A stretch of 64,000 bases of DNA, taken from positions 1-64,000 of the forward strand of contig CAYUIF010000002.1 of the NCBI GenBank assembly GCA_964444755.1, written 5' to 3'. The DNA comes from an uncultured Alphaproteobacteria bacterium. Lineage in GTDB: Bacteria > Electryoneota > RPQS01. The position numbers were made by a program, and so were the translations under genes. Shown one piece after another: positions 27,207 through 37,268 of this stretch. The notes beneath the pieces were generated by a model. That model was given only the letters and a program-made list of their open reading frames with translations. It was not told where the DNA came from and searched no databases. Every line of letters begins with the position of its first letter. Position 1 is the first letter of the stretch.

Positions 27207-30200
27207 TCAATCGGACGAGACGACAACATAGAACAAACAGACGTCTCTGGGATTGGCGATGGACAAGGTCGTGTCCGATGTCTGCCCGACAAGCGTTGTA
27301 AAGGGACCGTCGGGAGTAGTCGACGAATACAACTTGTACAAAGAAGCACCCGAGCCAACCCAGTTGAACTGCAGTTGATCAGTTTCGGGAATGTAATTAA
27401 TGGTGAGATCAGTTGGTGGATTCAGTTGTCCGACCATGAACGTGACCGGAATCAATGTCGGATTCTCATCCGGATCGTTGCTGCTGAACACCAGATTACC
27501 GGTATACGATCCGGCAGCGAGACTTTGTGCGCTGAAATCCAGTCGCAGATATTGACACTCACCTGAATTCAACGTGCCGTCAGTCGGAGTTCCCAGCGAC
27601 AGCCAGATCGGCCGCGCCGAGAATTGAATCGCCAAATTGTTGGTCAGATAAGCGGCATTATAAACAGCTTGCAGTCCCACGGTGCCCGTCTCATTTTCAA
27701 TCCCCACCGAACAACTGGTGAGCGTTCCGCTAAGCTGCTGGTACTGGTATACGATCCGGCCATCGGAGTACATCAGGATTTCGAAGGTATAGTTGCCGGT
27801 GGTCGAGGAGTAGTGATTCACGCTGTCGAACTGAACAATGTAGCGACTGTTGGCCGCATCGTAATACGTCCACACATGCGCGCCGCTCAATTGGGGCGAC
27901 AGGTCATCCCACAACGCCGCGAGCATGGCATTGGGCAAACGTCCGTGGGGGATGCTTCGATTTCCATAATCCACGGTATCCGCACTGAAGTGGATGTTGC
28001 CATTGGCGCTGATTCGAGCTTCAGTGTAAGTAGAACCATAGAAGGGGAAAGAGAACGGCAGGGTAACGCCGATGATCTGATCATCCGATGTGAAGTTCAG
28101 AGCGGTTCCCACACTGGCCAGTTCCACCCAGTTGTAGACTGGCCCATCGGGTTCGTTGGAATCCACCCAATTGTAGCCGTAGCTATCCGGGCCGCCGTAT
28201 GAATCGAGTTCATTGCGATCACCGCGTTCGGCATCCATTTGCGAATTCTTGTCATCCGTCGGTAGCTTCGGTGCAGAGGCAGCCTCTTCCTTAGTCACGC
28301 TAACCACTGTCGGTTCCAGTGTCACAAGCACCGGCGTTGATTGGTTCCACACCGTGCTCCAATAGAGAGGACAGGGTCCCAGATTGCAAATCTGAATGGA
28401 ATCCACATCGGTACCATTCAGCGGTGCCGTTCCGGTAATGCTGGCCGCGCTCAATGAAATGTCGGCATCCCCGGCACAAGGATCGCCGGTACTGAAACGA
28501 ATGGCCCGACCGGCCGCGAGCCCGGTGGAGTTTTCCGGCAAGGTGCCGCTGCAGAGATAATTGAGGTAGTTAGCGGACGAACCCTGAATGCCCACACCGC
28601 AGGACGCCACCGATGCCGCTACATTATATTGCAGCACAATGTTGGCATCACCCGTGGCGGTGGGGTAGTAGGCGGGATCGTAGATTACAATTTCGAAAGT
28701 CTCGGCCGTCGTTGTACCGTAGTGGTTGATTTGGTAGAATTCGATCACCAGTAAATGGTTCGCTGCATCGTAGTAAGTAGCGACCTGTCCGCCCGTGGCC
28801 GGATTCAGATCATTCCACATGGCATATATTCCCACCGGTGCAGTGCCATCCGGTACACAGCCCGACGTAACCGAATATCCGCCCGAGAAAGTTACGAAGC
28901 CGTTGGATCCAATGTAATAATTGGTGTAGGTTGTCCCGTAGAACTTCACGGGGAAGGGCAATGCTGTTGGCCCCGAATAGCTATCGTCGGTCAGCGTTAC
29001 TACCGTACCCGAGCCGCCTTCCGATGGAGCAATGGCACGCCAGGCGTAAACCGGGCCGTCGGGATCTACGTTTTCACAGGCCGTATAGCCATAGGCATCC
29101 TCCGGACTGCACATATAGCGCGGATCGGACGGCAGTGTGAAGTCTTGAGTCGCGGTCGCTCCGATCACGACGTTGGATACAACCTGTTCACCACAGCCGG
29201 CTCCGAAGGCGCGTATGGTGTAGGTGCCCTGCGGCAACGTAATGCTGTAGTAGCCGGATGCATTGGTGGTCGCGGGCGAGACGGGTACGTTCATCACTTC
29301 GACCGTGGCGCCCACCGCCGGGCCGCCGTTACAGGATGTTACCGTTCCCGATACCATGCCGGTCGGTGCGGATTGCAGCACCACATTCTGGGTGGTTATA
29401 TTGCCGTTCGTGATTGCAATACCCGGAATAGTCTGCGTGATGTAGGCGAATTTCGAGTACTCAATGGAATGAGTTCCCACCGGCACAGCCATACTATACA
29501 GACCGGAGGCGTCGGTAGTGACACTCTGCGGGCCTGACGTATTTTGAACCTGCACCCCGGTCAACGGATTATTCGAGGCGTCGCGCACAGTTCCGGCCAA
29601 GGTACCATAACCGGCCAGAATCGAATTGCTGCAAGCCAGCGAAAACGACTGCGGACCGCTGGGCAGACTGGTGGCGGATACCGTGATGGTCCACTGACCT
29701 GATTCCGGACTGGCAATGACGACTTGCTCTGAATTGTTCGTATGATCCATTCCGGTGGTTGCCGGAGTCGACGGACTCGCGGAATTCAGAGTGTAGGGAT
29801 AATAGACCGTGCTGGATGGCGACGTCAGCGTCAGATCCAAATCATTAATGAGAGTCGGGTTTGCCAGCGGAGTGGCCGCAGGATCCATCCAAGACAATGA
29901 CGTGCGCAGAAGCGGCGTTCCTGCGGCAACCGTAAACGTGTAGGTCTGGGTTTGACCAGTGGTTAATTGATCTTCGAGGAACCCGCCGCCCATCACGGCA
30001 TCCACTGCCGCCTGCACATCGACACGTCCGAAGCCGTAGGTGTAGTCCGGCCCGACATTGCCCAGATCCTCGGCGGTGTTGATGAGCAGCGCCTTGATCG
30101 TCGATGGCAGTGGCGCAAGTCCGGGGAAGGAAATATGGAATTGCTGCAAGATGTCGGCGACACATCCCGCGGTGATGGGCGTTGCCATCGATGTACCACT

Positions 30201-31583
30201 CATATCCCCGTAGGTATTCCCCGGCAAAGTACTATGAATGCTCACCCCGGGCGCACAGACTTCCGGCTTAATGCGTCCGTCATCGGTCGGTCCCCACGAG
30301 CTGAAAGAACTCATGCCGTCCGTATCATTGGTGGCGCCCACCGTGATAATGTTTTTCGCACCGGCCGGGATGCTCATGGTATTATAGGTTGTGCCGCAGG
30401 TGGCGGGACTGTTGCGTTCGTTTCCGGCGGCGAAGAGTACGATGAACGGACTTCCCAAGCTGCCGCGAACGATATTATCCACCAGCTGCGATGTGAGTTC
30501 ATAGTCTCCCAGCCATGAACAGGAATATCCATTCGGTACGACATTCGCGCCGATCGAATTCGTAGCCAGTTCAGCTCCGTACGTATCGATCGCTTCTTGA
30601 TAGTTATCGGCAATATCTTGCGGAGAATTGTATAAACAGTAGGGACTGCAGGATTCATAAAGATAGGAAACAATGTCGCAGCCGGGAGCCATGCCGCGAT
30701 ATTGTCCGCTGGAAAGCGCGCCGCTTCCACCAACACTTCCGGCAACATGCGTAGCATGATTCGCGATCGAACCACCTTCCCCGGCCGTAACTCGTCCACC
30801 AAAATCGGTATGGGTGCCGTCCACCAATCCTCCGTCATACACACAGACTGTCACTCCAGAGCCGCTCAGATTGTAGGGAGCGGCTTGAATCGTATTAGCG
30901 CCCACTACCTGCCGTGCCAAATCGTTCACCTCGGTCAGTGGCGGCGGAATCACGTCGATCCACTCGACCGCATCGGCATTGGCCATTGCCTCAAATAAAA
31001 CCGGATCCATCGCCATAATCCAGGTATTCAGCACGTCAATGTAATCGGCAGTGATCGCATCATAGCTTTGGGCGAGAGCTATGCCTTCCGATTTATCCAC
31101 GTCCTTGTGAAAGCGGACCGACACAATGACTTTGCCGTCTTCATAACGCGCCCATTCGCCAAACTCTTGCTGCTGAACCCGTGGATTCATTTTATCCGTT
31201 GGTTTTAACTCGCCCGCCCAGCGAACACCCAAAGCACGGGCATGGGCCGGAGTAATGGATTTGGTCAGACTGGCTACCCAGGCATTTCCAGTCACCGGTT
31301 CAAGCAGATGTATTCCGGCGTTCTCCAGCGTCGATTTCTGCTGATCATCCGGAACTTCGAACAGTTGCACCAGAAAGTGGGGAGCTGATCCACGCTGCAC
31401 GTCGGCTGATAAATCGTGGAGCACCTGCGTATCCTCGCTCGTGGCTACATCTCCCGAAACCAGGCGAATCGTATAGTCAGGAGAAGGTGATTCTGCCCGT
31501 ACAACCGAATTAAATCCGAGGGCTGTCACAAAAAGCGCCCAGACAACCAAATGAGTTCTCATCAAATTCGTTCGCTTGTTCAT
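27207..31583 (-). CDS. Secreted S8-family subtilisin-like serine peptidase, multidomain (about 1458 aa), with two NIDO-like domains, CarboxypepD_reg-like domains and a C-terminal Fn3 domain
   Basis: The catalytic triad reads D in 'VCVYDGG', H in 'HATHVAGS' and S in 'SGTSMATP'. A signal peptide follows the ATG at 31583 (MNKRTNLMRTHLVVWALFVTALGFNSVVRA, GGAG ribosome-binding site). The NIDO-like motifs are 'LPFPVKFYGTTYTNYYIGSNGFVTF...AMWNDL' and 'LPFSFPFYGSTYTEARISANGNIHF...ALWDDL'. Confidence 0.85.
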   Translation of the reverse strand: MNKRTNLMRTHLVVWALFVTALGFNSVVRAESPSPDYTIRLVSGDVATSEDTQVLHDLSADVQRGSAPHFLVQLFEVPDDQQKSTLENAGIHLLEPVTGNAWVASLTKSITPAHARALGVRWAGELKPTDKMNPRVQQQEFGEWARYEDGKVIVSVRFHKDVDKSEGIALAQSYDAITADYIDVLNTWIMAMDPVLFEAMANADAVEWIDVIPPPLTEVNDLARQVVGANTIQAAPYNLSGSGVTVCVYDGGLVDGTHTDFGGRVTAGEGGSIANHATHVAGSVGGSGALSSGQYRGMAPGCDIVSYLYESCSPYCLYNSPQDIADNYQEAIDTYGAELATNSIGANVVPNGYSCSWLGDYELTSQLVDNIVRGSLGSPFIVLFAAGNERNSPATCGTTYNTMSIPAGAKNIITVGATNDTDGMSSFSSWGPTDDGRIKPEVCAPGVSIHSTLPGNTYGDMSGTSMATPITAGCVADILQQFHISFPGLAPLPSTIKALLINTAEDLGNVGPDYTYGFGRVDVQAAVDAVMGGGFLEDQLTTGQTQTYTFTVAAGTPLLRTSLSWMDPAATPLANPTLINDLDLTLTSPSSTVYYPYTLNSASPSTPATTGMDHTNNSEQVVIASPESGQWTITVSATSLPSGPQSFSLACSNSILAGYGTLAGTVRDASNNPLTGVQVQNTSGPQSVTTDASGLYSMAVPVGTHSIEYSKFAYITQTIPGIAITNGNITTQNVVLQSAPTGMVSGTVTSCNGGPAVGATVEVMNVPVSPATTNASGYYSITLPQGTYTIRAFGAGCGEQVVSNVVIGATATQDFTLPSDPRYMCSPEDAYGYTACENVDPDGPVYAWRAIAPSEGGSGTVVTLTDDSYSGPTALPFPVKFYGTTYTNYYIGSNGFVTFSGGYSVTSGCVPDGTAPVGIYAMWNDLNPATGGQVATYYDAANHLLVIEFYQINHYGTTTAETFEIVIYDPAYYPTATGDANIVLQYNVAASVASCGVGIQGSSANYLNYLCSGTLPENSTGLAAGRAIRFSTGDPCAGDADISLSAASITGTAPLNGTDVDSIQICNLGPCPLYWSTVWNQSTPVLVTLEPTVVSVTKEEAASAPKLPTDDKNSQMDAERGDRNELDSYGGPDSYGYNWVDSNEPDGPVYNWVELASVGTALNFTSDDQIIGVTLPFSFPFYGSTYTEARISANGNIHFSADTVDYGNRSIPHGRLPNAMLAALWDDLSPQLSGAHVWTYYDAANSRYIVQFDSVNHYSSTTGNYTFEILMYSDGRIVYQYQQLSGTLTSCSVGIENETGTVGLQAVYNAAYLTNNLAIQFSARPIWLSLGTPTDGTLNSGECQYLRLDFSAQSLAAGSYTGNLVFSSNDPDENPTLIPVTFMVGQLNPPTDLTINYIPETDQLQFNWVGSGASLYKLYSSTTPDGPFTTLVGQTSDTTLSIANPRDVCLFYVVVSSD

Positions 31584-31927
31584 GTCAGTTGCTACTCCAT
31601 ATTTCAGTGCCAAGTGGGTCATCCGGCATTAATGGTTCATCACTCAATTCAGAGTATGTTAATATAAGATATTCAAGGACGTAAAAGCAAGAACTTCTGA
31701 TGGCGCGAAAAAACAGACGCGCCGGGTCAATAGATCTTGCGCGATTATAAAAAGGTAACTTACAGCCTTCAGGCCGTTATTGCGAAAAAGTACATAAGCG
31801 GAAGGAGGCAAAGTGGCCATATATCCGGTCGTTCGAGAACTTTTTCCCGTCAGAGGAAAGTATGACAGTAACCGGACTTCGAAAGTATGGGCATAGGGTA
31901 TTAGATGACCGTTAAAATGGGCAGAAT

Positions 31928-31960
31928 GCACTCCGGCCGGTCTATCCCCGGCTTATTCAC
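31928..31960 (+). repeat. 33-nt direct repeat, copy b (upstream flank of the S8 peptidase-1 gene)
   Basis: 'CACTCCGGCCGGTCTATCCCCGGCTTATTCACC' pairs with copy a at 27055..27087. Confidence 0.35.
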
Positions 31961-32338
31961 CAAGGTTGAAACCGGGTACGTTTCCAGGGGCGAATCAGGG
32001 AAGAGTACCAGGCAGGGCAACAGGTCTTCAACAGCAAGGGGATCAGGCGAAAACCATTTTGCCATACAATCTGGCTGCAAATCACGGGCATGCGATCATT
32101 AACTGCTGCAAAAGATAAATGTGGATTGCAACTTAGAAAAGCCTCCGATGGGGCTTTTCTGTCGACGAAAGCAAGTTACAATTTGATACTGGGCAACAAG
32201 ACTGCCCTGTGTCCTGTATGTCGAAACCTCCCCAACGTGCATCCAAATACTGAACGAGGCATCCTATACATGATATTATTACTTGGAAGAACATTTGGGG
32301 TATGTTGTTTTTCAATATTTTTCACCATATTAATAGCC

Positions 32339-32728
32339 ATGCCCTCCAAACCTCGTAAAACTGTCCTGATCGTCGAGGATGACGATGTTCAGCTTCGGCG
32401 CCTGGTCGCCGAGATTCGCGATTTTGGCTATCATGTGATTCCGGCCAGCAATGGTATGGAAGGTCTCGATGCGTTCCTTCAGGATGAACCCGATATAGTA
32501 GTTTCCAATATTCACATGCCGGTTCTGAACGGCTTTCAACTGTTAAGGGCGATTAAACGTGTTAGCCCGACTATTCCATATATTCTTACCACCGGGTTCG
32601 GGCATTTTCGGAAGTTCTTTCCTGAAAAAGTAGCGATGGCCGATGCTTTTTTCGAAAAACCGCTGGATTATGGACTGCTATCGGATCGCATTGGGGAACT
32701 CACCAAGGATTCAAAGAAACAACTATGA
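32339..32728 (+). CDS. Single-domain response regulator (CheY-like receiver)
   Basis: 'TVLIVEDD' carries the acidic pocket, 'DIVVSNIHMPVLNG' the phospho-acceptor Asp region, and 'TTGFG' and a conserved K are present. The ATG at 32339 was chosen as the start. The ribosome-binding site is weak. Confidence 0.65.
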   Translation: MPSKPRKTVLIVEDDDVQLRRLVAEIRDFGYHVIPASNGMEGLDAFLQDEPDIVVSNIHMPVLNGFQLLRAIKRVSPTIPYILTTGFGHFRKFFPEKVAMADAFFEKPLDYGLLSDRIGELTKDSKKQL

Positions 32729-32856
32729 CGGATAGTGTGATCTGTAGGTATGGATGCTCGCATTGATTATCTACTTCATCTTCGTCATAGCAAACGGTGG
32801 CAGAGGTTTGATAAGTTTGTGACATCAATCGACGATTAATCGAGGAGGTTTGGATA

Positions 32857-33312
32857 GTGACTGCATTCAATTCGTTCGATGAGATTTTGGTTTTCGCCAT
32901 CCAGCGCGAACAAGAGGCGCAAGACTTCTACACGGACATGGCCAGGTCGACCGAGCACGCTCATATGCGTCAGATTTTCGAGGCATTTGCCAAAGAAGAA
33001 GGAGGCCACAAAGCAAAGCTGCAGGCGATCAAGGAGGGCAAGCACTCAGTTCCGTCATCGATGAAGATCCCCGATCTAAAAGTGGCAGACTACCACGAGA
33101 AGATGACCCCGTCAAGTGACATGAGCTATGATGAGATCCTCTTGCTGGCTATGCAGCGGGAAAAGGCCGCATTCAAGTTGTATTCGGATTTAGCCGAGGC
33201 AGCGGAAGAAGAGACGACTCGTAGCCTGTTTCTGGCATTGGCGCAGGAAGAGGCAAAGCACAAGTTGCGGTTTGAACTCGAGTATGATCGCGAGTTCTTG
33301 AATGAGAATTGA
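32857..33312 (+). CDS. Ferritin-like diiron (rubrerythrin-family, no rubredoxin domain) protein
   Basis: Two E-x-x-H-type helices are present (EEGGHKAKL and EEAKHKLRF). The start is GTG, 9 nt after a GGAGG site. Confidence 0.7.
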   Translation: MTAFNSFDEILVFAIQREQEAQDFYTDMARSTEHAHMRQIFEAFAKEEGGHKAKLQAIKEGKHSVPSSMKIPDLKVADYHEKMTPSSDMSYDEILLLAMQREKAAFKLYSDLAEAAEEETTRSLFLALAQEEAKHKLRFELEYDREFLNEN

Positions 33313-33453
33313 AATCATCGGTTGGCGCTGTTTATTCTGCCTCCCGTTTCCTACTTCCTAACTATCAACAGCATGCGGTGGCAGAGCCAAGCCGCCCAGC
33401 CAAGTAGCTGCATACAACTGTATTTTTCCGAAAAGGGCATTTCAGGAGTGACT

Positions 33454-35265
33454 ATGAAGTCTATTTTGATATGCATCATCATGCTCATTGCTATTGATCG
33501 CGCATTTGGCCAGCCAAGCCCGGATACGCTCTGGACGGTCAGGATCGGCGGCGATAGCATCGATTACTGTCATGCCATCAAGCAGACCGTTGATGGCGGT
33601 TATATATTGGCCGGTGAGACCAATTCATATGGTCAACATCAGAGCGATGCCTACCTCGTGAAGCTAAATTCCGGTGGCAGCATGCAGTGGTCCAATACAT
33701 TCGGCACCGATAACGATTTCAGCAGTAATTCGTTTGCTGCGGTAGAACAGACATCGGATCAGGGATACATCCTGGCGGGGCGCACTACGCTTAGCAACTG
33801 GACCTCTGCATACATCGTGAAAACCGATGCCGACGGGGACACGGTATGGACGTGTGTATTTGATGATCCACATTCAATGATTGATGTTTACGGACGTGCG
33901 GTGCTGCAAACCGCAGACGGCGGCTACCTGATTGCCGGCTATGCCGCGAGCGCTTTCCCCGCGCACGGCTATATCTGTTTATTCAGGACGGACGCCAATG
34001 GGGATACACTATGGACACGAATAATGCGTGCACGGGAGGCTATCGCGTACGAGACTTGTGACGCCATCTTTCCTGCGTCGGACGGCGGGTATGTGCTTGC
34101 CGGGCATCGCTACCCAGAGGGATCGAACAATGTTGACGGACTATTCGTGAAAGTGACAGAGACCGGCATCGTAGAATGGTGGCACTCCTATGGTCATGAC
34201 AGCTATGATGCGTTCAGTTCGATTGCCGGGACAGCCGATGGCGGCTACATCATCGCAGGACGATCTTACGTGAGCGCGAGTCAGTCAATGGACCTGTATA
34301 TCGTACGCACTACAGCTTTGGGCGATACGATTTGGACACGAAGAATCGGCGGCCCTTCAGAAGATATAGCCGTATCTGCTTTTGAAGTCGAAGGCGGCTT
34401 TATCGTCGGAGGTCAGACCCGATCGTACGGTGCGGGCAATGACGATCTTTCCTTGGTGAAACTGGATGCAAACGGTGTGCAGCTATGGAGCCGTACTTAT
34501 GGCGGCAGTGGCTACGACTGGTGCGATGAGATGCAACGCACAACCGATGGGGGCTACGTACTGTGCGGTTCGACGGGTTCATTCGGCGTTCAGGGCTATG
34601 ACATGTATGTGGTTAAGACCGGGCCGGATCAGGCTGGCAGTAACTGTCCCTTGTTATGCGAGGACGCCTACCCCATATCTGTTGGTGTCCCACTCACCGA
34701 GTGCAGCTTCCCTGAAGCTGGTCAGCATTGGTTTAGTATTCAGCTTGCGCCGGGAATATACCGGTTTCAGCTGGATGGATTCTCCGGATCGACGGATTAC
34801 GACCTTTACACTTATCTAAACTGCTCAGACAGCGATCCGACGGAATGCAGCGGTCTTGCTGTCGGACCTGAGGATTTCATGTGTCAAATCACGGTGCCTC
34901 AAACATTACTCGTTGAAGTGGATACCTATGCGGGGCCATATGGTTCCTACCGGCTGCTTATCAGCAGCACGGAATCGGTCGATCCGCAGACAGAGTCTCT
35001 GCCGACGGAGTTTGAACTTTCAGTCTATCCCAATCCTTTCAACCCCAACACAACAATCACGTTCGCTTTGCCGACCGCTCAGTTTGTCCGCTTGGCCGCT
35101 TACGATATTTCCGGACGGCGGGTACAGATGCTATTGGATTCTTGGATGGAAGCAGGTACGCATCATATAAAGTTCAATGGTCAGGCGTTGCCGTCTGGAA
35201 TGTATCTCGCACAGATTCAGGCTGGAACCATCGTGCAAACAAGAAAACTGATCCTGCTGAAGTAA
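33454..35265 (+). CDS. T9SS-secreted beta-propeller protein with SBBP-type repeats, a PPC-like domain and a T9SS C-terminal sorting domain
   Basis: A signal peptide (MKSILICIIMLIAIDRAFG) is present. About eight repeats fit 'DGGYILAG-T-S-G...D-YLVKLD-NGD-W'. The PPC-like segment reads 'YRFQLDGFSGSTDYDLYTY...GSYRLLIS'. The C-terminus 'YPNPFNPNTTITFAL...MYLAQIQAGTIVQTRKLILLK' is the sorting domain. Confidence 0.75.
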   Translation: MKSILICIIMLIAIDRAFGQPSPDTLWTVRIGGDSIDYCHAIKQTVDGGYILAGETNSYGQHQSDAYLVKLNSGGSMQWSNTFGTDNDFSSNSFAAVEQTSDQGYILAGRTTLSNWTSAYIVKTDADGDTVWTCVFDDPHSMIDVYGRAVLQTADGGYLIAGYAASAFPAHGYICLFRTDANGDTLWTRIMRAREAIAYETCDAIFPASDGGYVLAGHRYPEGSNNVDGLFVKVTETGIVEWWHSYGHDSYDAFSSIAGTADGGYIIAGRSYVSASQSMDLYIVRTTALGDTIWTRRIGGPSEDIAVSAFEVEGGFIVGGQTRSYGAGNDDLSLVKLDANGVQLWSRTYGGSGYDWCDEMQRTTDGGYVLCGSTGSFGVQGYDMYVVKTGPDQAGSNCPLLCEDAYPISVGVPLTECSFPEAGQHWFSIQLAPGIYRFQLDGFSGSTDYDLYTYLNCSDSDPTECSGLAVGPEDFMCQITVPQTLLVEVDTYAGPYGSYRLLISSTESVDPQTESLPTEFELSVYPNPFNPNTTITFALPTAQFVRLAAYDISGRRVQMLLDSWMEAGTHHIKFNGQALPSGMYLAQIQAGTIVQTRKLILLK

Positions 35266-35387
35266 TATCCTATAGGTGACGGCTGCATCAGCATCATAGC
35301 ATGCGGTGGCGGAGCCGAAGCGTGAGGGCGCCGAGCTGCACAAGAATTGAACAATCAGGAGCGGATTCACCATACAGGAGATAGAGG

Positions 35388-35885
35388 ATGCCTACGACCG
35401 AGAACAACTTAAAAGAAGCCTTCGCCGGAGAAAGCCAGGCGAATCAGAAGTATCATGCCTTTGCCAAGCAAGCCGAGAAAGACGGATTACCCAACATTGC
35501 CCGGTTGTTTCGAACCGCCGCCGAAGCGGAACGAATTCATGCTGAAGGACACTTGAGCGCATTAGGGGGTATTGGCTCTACCGTTGACAACTTGCAAGCC
35601 GCGATTGCCGGGGAAACGGGTGAGTATACCCAAATGTATCCCCCGATGTTACAGCAGGCGGAGACCGAGAATCACAAAGCGCAGCGGATGTTTGGATATG
35701 CGGTGAAGGCCGAGGAAGTCCACGCTCGGCTGTACAAGCTGGCTTTGGATGCTGCCCAGCAGGGAAAGGACCTGTCAGTGGGTGAGATCTATCTTTGCCC
35801 GGTTTGTGGTCACATCGAGTTTGGGACGGTGCCTGAATCCTGTCCGATTTGCAGAGCCAAAGGCAGCAAGTTCATTCAAGTGTAA
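35388..35885 (+). CDS. rbr: Rubrerythrin (diiron domain plus C-terminal rubredoxin-like CxxC...CxxC)
   Basis: The N-terminus 'AFAGESQANQKYHAFAKQAEKDG' and the EAE-x-x-H motifs are present. The C-terminus reads 'CPVCGHIEFGTVPESCPICRA'. Confidence 0.9.
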   Translation: MPTTENNLKEAFAGESQANQKYHAFAKQAEKDGLPNIARLFRTAAEAERIHAEGHLSALGGIGSTVDNLQAAIAGETGEYTQMYPPMLQQAETENHKAQRMFGYAVKAEEVHARLYKLALDAAQQGKDLSVGEIYLCPVCGHIEFGTVPESCPICRAKGSKFIQV

Positions 35886-35948
35886 CGCGTGCCGTCCAAA
35901 TCATCACCATCCAAGCGATAGCTGATAGGGTGACGAGACTCTGTGAGC

Positions 35949-35954
35949 TATAAT
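35949..35954 (+). promoter_or_regulatory. TATAAT -10 box upstream of the low-GC membrane-protein gene
   Basis: A perfect TATAAT lies about 47 nt upstream of ATG 36001. No clear -35 box was found. Confidence 0.3.
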
Positions 35955-36000
35955 TCTAATCGGTTATGAGAGTGTAACCGGTGGAAAGGAGGATCTTCAA

Positions 36001-36399
36001 ATGGACAAGAAAATAAAGCATTTGGAAATGATCCAAAGCATCATTAACCAGATAGCAAACCACTCGTTCATGATCCGGGGCTGGAGCTTAACTCTTGTTT
36101 CGGTTTTATTCGCACTTACCGTTAAAGAAGCTGAACCTATATACGTATTGGTAGCATATATTCCCATACCAGTGTTCTGGTTACTCGACGGCTTCTTCTT
36201 TTCCCAAGAAAGAGCATTCAGGGCCTTGTACAACCGCGTTCGCAGCCTGAATGACGAGGCGGTCGACTTTTCAATGAACAAGTCGGATTTCTCCGGCGGA
36301 AGAAACTCATGGTTCAGATCAACGTGCTCAAGAACCTTGAGTATTTATTATCTCACGCTATCAGCTGCTGTAACGGTTGTATTGCTAGTTCTGCGCTGA
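36001..36399 (+). CDS. Hypothetical 3-TM membrane protein encoded by a low-GC gene
   Basis: A GGAAAGGAGG ribosome-binding site precedes the start. There are three hydrophobic helices. The GC content is visibly lower (about 40%) than in the neighbours. Confidence 0.55.
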   Translation: MDKKIKHLEMIQSIINQIANHSFMIRGWSLTLVSVLFALTVKEAEPIYVLVAYIPIPVFWLLDGFFFSQERAFRALYNRVRSLNDEAVDFSMNKSDFSGGRNSWFRSTCSRTLSIYYLTLSAAVTVVLLVLR

Positions 36400-36444
36400 T
36401 GAACTGATGGTCTGATGCTATATTTAGTAGCACGTGTGATATCA

Positions 36445-36507
36445 CACTTTGGGGTTTTTCCAGCTTCTGGCGTAGTGTAGCGGAGCCGGAAGCTGGGGCA
36501 CGGTTGT
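36445..36507. repeat. Conserved hairpin element, copy 2, preceded by a perfect 14-bp palindrome GTGTGATATCACAC
   Basis: 'ACACTT...CCAGCTTC-TGGCGTAGTGTAGCGGAGCCG-GAAGCTGG-GGCACGGTTGT' matches copy 1 at 9733..9788. Confidence 0.4.
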
Positions 36508-36538
36508 TTCAAGGGCGGATTCCAGCGCTTTTTACGTA

Positions 36539-37189
36539 GTGGAAACGGTACCGGAACGAGGGATTTTCGTATTATCCCCCAACGGGGGAGCGGAGTGGCG
36601 GATCCAGCAGAATGGCACCATCCGCTGCCCCAAATTATATTCCAAATTCGTGGAACACTCTGAAGAACAGCTGCTTCTTATCGAAGTGAAACGTCTTGTT
36701 GACATCGGGAATCTCCCAAGGGCAATAGCCATGGCAACCGAAGTAAGTGCACTTAGCCTCTATTGTGCGATGGGAATTTGGGATCTGGGACAACAGCGCG
36801 TGTTTGCCAGGGATTATGAAACGGCATTAGCGCTCTATGCTGCCGCCGAGAACTCACCGCTGAATGTTGCTCCATTTCCATGGGGACAATTGAACGCGCT
36901 GATTTATTTGGGCAGAATCGATGATGCCGTACAGACATTCCGTCAACGGTTGACTATGTTACCCGGAATTGAGGTCAACGATGTGCGCTTGATACAAATT
37001 CGGCACAACTTTCTCTCTGGGATTAAACATGATATCTTCCAGACAGGGGCTGGCAACATCGCCCTGAATCATTTACGGGATTGTTGTTTAGGAAAGAACA
37101 ACTATATGGCTACTATCATCTCACCAGAAGGTATCTGGAGAGTGACCGACAATCAAATTGTTCGTTTGCAAGATGGCGACGGTTGGTAG
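36539..37189 (+). CDS. Hypothetical protein (GTG start in the ORF track, true start uncertain)
   Basis: A long ORF with GC-typical composition. No recognisable domain was found. Confidence 0.4.
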   Translation: METVPERGIFVLSPNGGAEWRIQQNGTIRCPKLYSKFVEHSEEQLLLIEVKRLVDIGNLPRAIAMATEVSALSLYCAMGIWDLGQQRVFARDYETALALYAAAENSPLNVAPFPWGQLNALIYLGRIDDAVQTFRQRLTMLPGIEVNDVRLIQIRHNFLSGIKHDIFQTGAGNIALNHLRDCCLGKNNYMATIISPEGIWRVTDNQIVRLQDGDGW

Positions 37190-37268
37190 TGTGCAATTCC
37201 GTGGTCGCCATTCGCCGCCCACATTCATCACATTCATTGCAAGATACGTGACCTTAGGAATAATCAAC

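Noticed and set aside
32138-32166. Hairpin AAGCCTCCGATGGGGCTTTT upstream of the response-regulator gene, as a possible terminator or third copy of the intergenic element
   Set aside because: The stem has a mismatch and no gene ends nearby on either strand. It resembles only the terminator part of the conserved element, not the conserved body.
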